Positions 56,932 to 64,000 of a stretch of 64,000 nucleotides of DNA are shown here, piece by piece. The DNA comes from Eledone cirrhosa. Lineage: Eukaryota. The stretch covers positions 281,852,001-281,916,000 of the forward strand of contig OZ024742.1 in assembly GCA_964016885.1 (NCBI GenBank). The letters run 5' to 3'. Position 1 is the stretch's first letter. Every line of letters begins with the position of its first letter. The position numbers and the translations under genes are program-made. Under the pieces are notes generated by a model, which saw only the letters and a list, made by a program, of their open reading frames with translations, was not told the origin of the DNA and ran no database searches.

Positions 56932-57067
56932 GTCGGGCTCTGACTTCGTGCGTTCCACTAGTTCGAATACAACAGTCTCTCTACAAGTGAAATCAACGTG
57001 ATTGAGCATTCCATGGTCACATCTCCACTTTACGCAATTCACAGGAAGAATCATTGTGACACATTAT

Positions 57068-57252
57068 GGTGGATTGGCAGTATCGGTAGAGGGTCGGACG
57101 CCATGCTTTCCAGCATGGTTACGTCCCTTTACGATCTGAGTTCAAATCCCGCCGAGGTTGACTTTGCCTTTCATCCTTACGGGGTCGATAAAATAAAGTA
57201 CCAGTAATGCACTGGGTAATTGCTGGCCTTGTGCCTAAAGTAGAAACAATTA
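57068..57252 (+). mobile_element. tRNA-derived SINE
   Basis: Close to consensus: A-box, B-box, core, gaaacaatta tail. Confidence 0.88.
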
Positions 57253-57383
57253 TAAATTACAAGGTAGGATTCAGTTTTTCTCCCGCTGCGTCGACACTGA
57301 TGTAACATAAACTAAAGTGTCCTGCTGAAGAACATCTGCCGTTATGATGGGACCGATGGTGTCGGCTCAAATGAAGATCAATA

Positions 57384-57740
57384 CGGTGATGATGGTAATA
57401 TAGAATGATTGTAATAGTGGTGGTAGTGGTGGTGGTGGTGGTGGTGATTGTGGTGCTAGTAATGATGACTATGTTGATGATGACGATGGTGGTGGTAGTG
57501 ATGATTATAAAGGGTAATGAGGATGGAAATTGTGGTAGTGATGATTAAAAGGATAATGATGATGATGAGAAGGAGTAGGAGTAGGAGGAGGAGGATGAGG
57601 AGGAGGAGGAGGAGGGGGATAATGATGATGATGGTAGTGGTGGTGGTGGTGGTGGTGGTGGTAGTGGTGATTATGGGTATTATGAGGATAAAGATGATGA
57701 TAAAAATGATTATTAAGGTGATGATGATGATGATGATGAT
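57384..57740. repeat. (GAT/GGT/GGA)n trinucleotide low-complexity tract
   Basis: Direct repetition. Confidence 0.85.
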
Positions 57741-59451
57741 AGACCCATTTGCATATATAGCACATTCTTGGCAGCTAGTTCGATTAATAAATTACTGGTG
57801 CGTTAACAGACTTTTGTTTCATTGCTATGTACTGAACTACAGAATATATCTATAGATTTTCAGCCAACCTTGTATGTATAAACAGATGAAAACACATTAT
57901 CTCTATAAATATTTCGTGCATAGGCAAAATAAGAATCAACTCGACTCGTTTCAGTCATGTATAAAGAATTGTTCAGCTTCTAAATACTCTTTTTAACTGT
58001 CCACAGATATATTGGTTATAAACAAACTGTTTATTACTCATAGCTTGAATAAATAGTATAGACCGATTTGCATATATGAAGCCTTCTTGGCAACTAGTAT
58101 GACATATAAATTACTGGTGCATCAACAGTATTCGTTTTAATTAGATGCGGTACTACAGAATATATTTATATTTACGTAACCGCATGTATAAACAGATATT
58201 TCTTCGCGAATATGTTGTATATATAGGCAGATTGTTTACACCTGTCTTCCTATAGATATATTCACATATGTTCATGTAAGGAAATGTTTATGTAGAGAAC
58301 AGTTAATTATACCACATTCAGTACTTGTGTGATTTTCAATGCTATCGATTTCTGTTTGTCGAACTGTTATCATATTGGATATATGGTGAAGAAATTGGTT
58401 TTTAAACGGGTGTAAGTATAAAGACACACATAAACATCTGCACAGTTCGCAATTTTACTAACATAGTATTGTTTAATCCAAGGTTATATTAGAAGACTGT
58501 TGCCCGAGGGGGTGTCAGGTAAAGAAATTGAGGCAGGAACCACGTGTTTACAAAACGAACTTCTAAACGGCACTGCCATAACTCGGCCTATACATTTCGA
58601 TTGGTTTACCCTTCAACGACGACACACCTAACTCCTATATTCCTAAGCAAACGTGTCGGTTATTTTAATACGAGGATAACATTATTTCCACAATAATTCC
58701 AATTTTTCTAACGTTCTAAGTTCAAATCCCGTGCTTTTCATTCTTCCGAGCTCGATAAAATAAAGAACTCTTCAATTACTGAGTTTGATATCATCAACTC
58801 ACTCTTTCTCCAAAATTTCTGGTATTGTGCCAAAATTAGAAAACATTATTTCCATAATAAAATGCAAATATATGTCTATGAACAAATGTTTCACCTTCCG
58901 CAAGCGTGTTATATAGGAAATTTGGCTAGTAAATCACGGTACAAACATTTAGGCGTATTGTATCTGTAATATCTGTATATCTTGACTGTATGTCGATGAA
59001 AATTGACTGCGAAGAAGATTGAATTTAAAATGTAGCTATATTTCGAAATTAAAATCAATATTCGGCCAAAGACACATATACATGATTGCAGATTGTATTC
59101 GTTCCAGCTCTCTGCATTCTGATTTCATATTCCAGCGATGTCAACTGTGCGCTTCATGCTTTCGAGGTCGAGAAATATAGTATTAATTCACTACGGACGT
59201 CGATACTTTCTTTCTTAAATCTCTCTCTCTCTCTCTTTCCCTCTGAAGATATCGGTAGTTTTCAGTCCTGGAGGTGCGCGCCGCCAGCTTTAACTGCCCA
59301 AGACTCATCAGGTGCTTAAGAACCGTGGATGCTGGATATAGAGATTTAGCCGAGCTGCTTTATGTGAGTCCCTGCGGCTACCACCCTTTCTTCTGAAGCA
59401 AGTCCATTCGATGAAACTAAAAATAGAGCAAAGAAAAAGTGATTATTATTT

Positions 59452-59643
59452 GGTTGGATTGCTAGTATCAGCAGAGAGTCGGACGCCGTGCTTTGCAGCA
59501 TAGAGTTACGTCCGTTTTACGGTCTGAGTTCAAATCCTGTCGAGGTTAACTTTACCTTTCATCCTTACGGGGTTGATAAAATAAAGTACCAGTAATGCAC
59601 TGGAGTAATTGCTGGTCTTGTTCCAAAAATAGAAACAATTATT
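59452..59643 (+). mobile_element. tRNA-derived SINE
   Basis: Matches consensus; attatttgg on both sides. Confidence 0.85.
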
Positions 59644-60152
59644 TGGTGTGAACAAACCAAATTATTGCCACCCAGCGTTTAATACACACGTCACTCTGTC
59701 GAGAGAATCAATCTTCAAATTTCCTAACGCAAAGCTAGCACCCTAACCACTAGGCCATGCGGCATGTTACAATCCGCAATCACCACTTGATAATTAGTTA
59801 TATTAATACGACTGGAGAATGCTTAAAACTTGTAGATGGTGCAAAATAAATGAATATAAATAATTCAATGTATGTAAACATATTTTGTGAAAACAAATTT
59901 GTCAGACCATTATGATTATCATTATCAATATTCGTATTATTATTATTGTTGTTGTTATTATTAATATTATTATTACATTTCTATGTACATTATTCCAAAA
60001 TGAGATTTTCATATTTTTTCCATCTTATTCACTTGTTTGCTAAATTTAAGACATTAACATAATAATCTGGTTGCATCTGCGAAATACTGGTCAATATCAC
60101 AAATATACAGACATACATACAACTATATGTATACGAATGTGTACCCCACCTT

Positions 60153-60268
<116 letters not shown>

Positions 60269-61255
60269 TGGATATATGCGCGTGTGTGGGAGTATTTGTG
60301 TGTGCGTGTGTGTATGTATGTATTCATATATATATATATATATATATACATACGATACTTAATTACTTTACCATTCTCTAACAATGGACATTATCCACCA
60401 TCTTATACGTCGACCATGTTATTTTACCAACATTTATTGTCTTGCACTCAGTCTACCACCATGTTGAAAACATTATGGTTGTTAGTGTTGTTATTGCTAT
60501 TGTTGTTGATATCGATGTAGTAGTTGTTGTTATTGCTCTTGCTTTTATTCTTGTTATTGGTGTCGATCTAGAATCTAGATATTATTACTACTACTAGTAT
60601 TCTCATCGTTGTTGCTGTTGTGTTGTATTTAATCTTGTTTGCTGTAATATTGTTGTCGTAGTTTTTGGTAGTGTTTTTCTTATTGCGGTTGCTGTCGTTA
60701 TTATTATTATTTTTTTTTTTTTTTGTTCTTATTTTTTGTTGTTGTTCTTTTCGTGCAGTTCTTAGAATCTCGAAACTACAAGGAAAAAGAATAACTACAG
60801 TTGATGCAACAACGACAACAACAGTCTACAAAAAAGAATTATTTAGTACTGAAAGGAGCAATCGGTGGATTTGGCGTTAGTATATTGCAATGTATACCCC
60901 AATATTGATAATAATAAGAATAACAACAACGAAACAACAAATTTCTTTACTGGTCATAATGCTTCCACAAAACATTTCCAAAACGTATAAGGATACACAG
61001 GCACACACACGCACATGAGTGTGTATGTGTGGTGAGTTCATGTTACATGGACTGGGCAGAACACAACTCAGAAATGAACACATCCTTTCGTTTAGTAACA
61101 CGATATCTTACTTTCTTCTTGCTTTTTTTCTTCCTTTTCTTCTTTACTTTTCATCTGTTTCATTCCGAGACTTTCGTGTTTTAAGAACGCCACACTTTTC
61201 CCTGACGTCACATAACATTGTATGTGTACTTCTTACAGCTTAATTGTTATAAATT

Positions 61256-61372
61256 AATTGTTTCTACTTTTGGTACAAGGCCAGCAATTACCCAGTACAT
61301 TACTGCTACTTTATTTTATCGACCCCGTAAGGATGAAAGGCAAAGTTAACCTCGGCGGGATTTAAACTCAGA
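61256..61372 (-). mobile_element. 5'-truncated SINE
   Basis: Core plus tail; taattgttataaattaat duplicated on both sides. Confidence 0.8.
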
Positions 61373-61691
61373 CCATAATTGTTATAAATTAATGTTTTGT
61401 CTTTCGCCTCTTACTCCAGTGGACAGCGTTTGACTTGTGCCAGACGCTATGACCCCAGGTGTACGAGTAGTATCGTTGGTAGAGGGTCGAAACTGTCAAA
61501 GTCCACCTCAACGGCCAATGTCTATTGATTTCTATGTATTTAATTTGTACTTTTATTTAAAAAGAAAAAACAACTTTTTTAAGGTTTCCCTTAAAATATT
61601 GTCTTTCGTTTTGCCTGGTTTTCGTTCGTTGTATTGGCCTCTCTGTTAATTTTTCTATCTTTATCATATATATATAGAGGGGGGGAGGATA

Positions 61692-61734
<43 letters not shown>

Positions 61735-63144
61735 TATCAGGTATCTATATTTTGAATTTTTGTTAAATTTTAATATGATACTGTAACGAACTATGTGTTC
61801 TTACGTTCTGTACAGATTGTCTATTGTTCAAGTTTGATATGTTCTATTGTACATTTATATCATTAGATATACATGTATGTATATATATCATTCACTATTT
61901 TGTGATGATTAAATGTTCGGATTCATTCTGCGAATTTTTCATTGAGTTTATTTTGGGGATATAAGACGCATTTTTTGATTATCTCAAGCATGACATCTAT
62001 AACTTTGAATCTAATATATATATTAAACGAAGCATCGTGGAGAAAAGCATTAAACATTATATTCGCAGTGGTTAACTGTTAATTAAAGAAAACCAAACAC
62101 GCTGAGGCAAGGAGCCTTCTCTTAAATAGCAAGAATGCGCAATACCATTTTGACAACATTTCGCTTCGGAAACCTCTGTAGTCTTGTTTCCTTATTTGCG
62201 ATGCACCACTTACCCCATGTAGTCGGATGGAAAAGCAGCTGGATAATTATACACAATTACTTGGAAGCGTAGTCTGCCAAAGTAACTTTGTTTCCATGTC
62301 ATGCCTATTCTACCAGGACCCATCAGACTACTTTTTCCTTATGTCCATCTCTCTCCTACGTCCTGACAACGCAATCGTTTTGTTTTGTATTGAAATACGC
62401 GAGAGCTGTTTTTACTGCCATCACGTCAGCTGCAAAGCATTTTCAAATCACTCTTTTTAACTCTTAACATCTCTACCAAAATCATATTAGCAAGACATTC
62501 TTGAGTAGTGCAAAACTGCTTTACATTAAATATTGACGTTTTCACTCAAATACTGCAAATTTTCATTAGTTATCCCTTTAATCCATTTGTCTGTATTTCT
62601 AATTTTTAATATATTCTATCGATTCTACTGAATGATTCTTCTTCAAAGGGTCCAATCACCAGTTATTGTTTATCACTGCCCTCAACTCCCGTCCAAATAA
62701 ATGGCCAATCCAGTCACAGAAAGATTACCGCGACTAGAACGAGAGGTTAACTTTCTAGTAACCGACCTGTACCTAGTCAGACCTGCCAACTTCTAAAAAC
62801 ACAAACGGGGAGTAACATAAAATATAGTGCCCCACAACAGGGAGAAATGAGGTAAAATTGGAAGATTTTACATGATAAAAGCTATACTCATTTTCCCAAG
62901 AGAAGACATCTCTCACCCACCCCAAAGGCTATTGCAAATGTCTCCGTAAGACGGGGAGAGTTTGTAAATTGAGCACAAAAAATGTAGTAACAGTACTTCA
63001 TTTTATCATTCTGGAAGCTGAAAATCAAAATTGATTAGGGGTGTTTTGAACTCAGAACTTGTAGTTATGTAACTAAATGTCGGAAGACATCTAGTCATAT
63101 GCTCTACCGATTCTGCAAATCTCAGCTTTGTACCGTTAATAATA

Positions 63145-63216
63145 ATCGACCCCAGTGCATTACTGGTGCTTTATTTTATCGACCCCGTAAGGATGAAAGG
63201 CAAAGTTAACCTCGGC
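63145..63216 (-). mobile_element. SINE core fragment
   Basis: Core match; tgtaccgttaataataatc duplicated on both sides. Confidence 0.75.
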
Positions 63217-64000
63217 TGTACCGTTAATAATAATCAAAATGATTCTATCATTAACAATCCTACTAGGCAATGAGGTAGGTCCGAGTTCGATCCCACAGTG
63301 TGATAACATACAGAGAGAGAGAGAGGGAGATACTAAACAGTGTGAATAATGAGAGACTAAATAGTGAGAATAATGAAGAGAAAATATCTAAACATAATAT
63401 CGAGAAAGAAGGAAAGATAAATACTAACCTGTGTGATTAGAGAGAGAGGAGGAGACTAAAAATGTATGAATAGAGACAGAGCAGTGACAACACTGTGAAT
63501 AAAGAGAGAGAAAGAGGCTGACATACAGACAGACAGGTAGAGACAGTAACAAACAAGGAAATGAAACAATATAAAAATTATAGCTAAAATGTCGTTCAAA
63601 GAAAGTGAAATTCTCATAAGAAATTACGAAAGAAAAATAAGAAAATAACAATGTCTAACTGACATGAGAGAAAGATAGAGAGGGTGAGGGGGGAGAAAAA
63701 GAGGAATATATATATATAGAGAGAGAGAGAGAGAAATGTTTGTTTGATCAAATTTGGAAATACTGACATTTCACTATGGATTCTTTATTGGGTTAAATCT
63801 TGTGTAAACATTGTTGTTGTTAAATATTGTTGTTGCTAATGTTATTTTCAATATTGTTATTATTGTTGTTGCTATCTTTTCTTGCTACTGTTGTTGTTGC
63901 TGCTGTTGTTGTTAGTGTTATTGGTATTCTTATTATGACCATCATTATAACTATGGTCGTTATTTTTGTTTCCGTTATTGTAATCCCGCCGAGGTTAACT

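Overview
AT-rich, microsatellite-saturated non-genic eukaryotic DNA. It is most likely an invertebrate; the SINE and repeat style suggests an octopus or other cephalopod, but that is inference. I found no host gene, and nearly all ORF-track entries are translated (TA)n/(CA)n/(GA)n. Real coding content is transposon-derived: several Penelope-like retroelements (PLEs; RT plus C-terminal GIY-YIG) of at least three types, one APE-RT LINE, and a mariner fragment. There are also about 15 copies of a tRNA-derived SINE. The main hidden signal is about 30 type I hammerhead ribozyme (HHR) motifs, some degenerate, from more than 12 distinct sequence families. They sit in foldback or tandem-plus-inverted elements inserted in (TA)n tracts. 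They include ORF-less circularly permuted monomers of 317, 435 and 560 nt (retrozyme/circRNA-like), hammerheads with very large domain II insertions (about 50-100 nt, one family showing compensatory base changes), and core variants (U4C, U3-A8). All RNA structures were folded by eye and coordinates may be off by a few bases.
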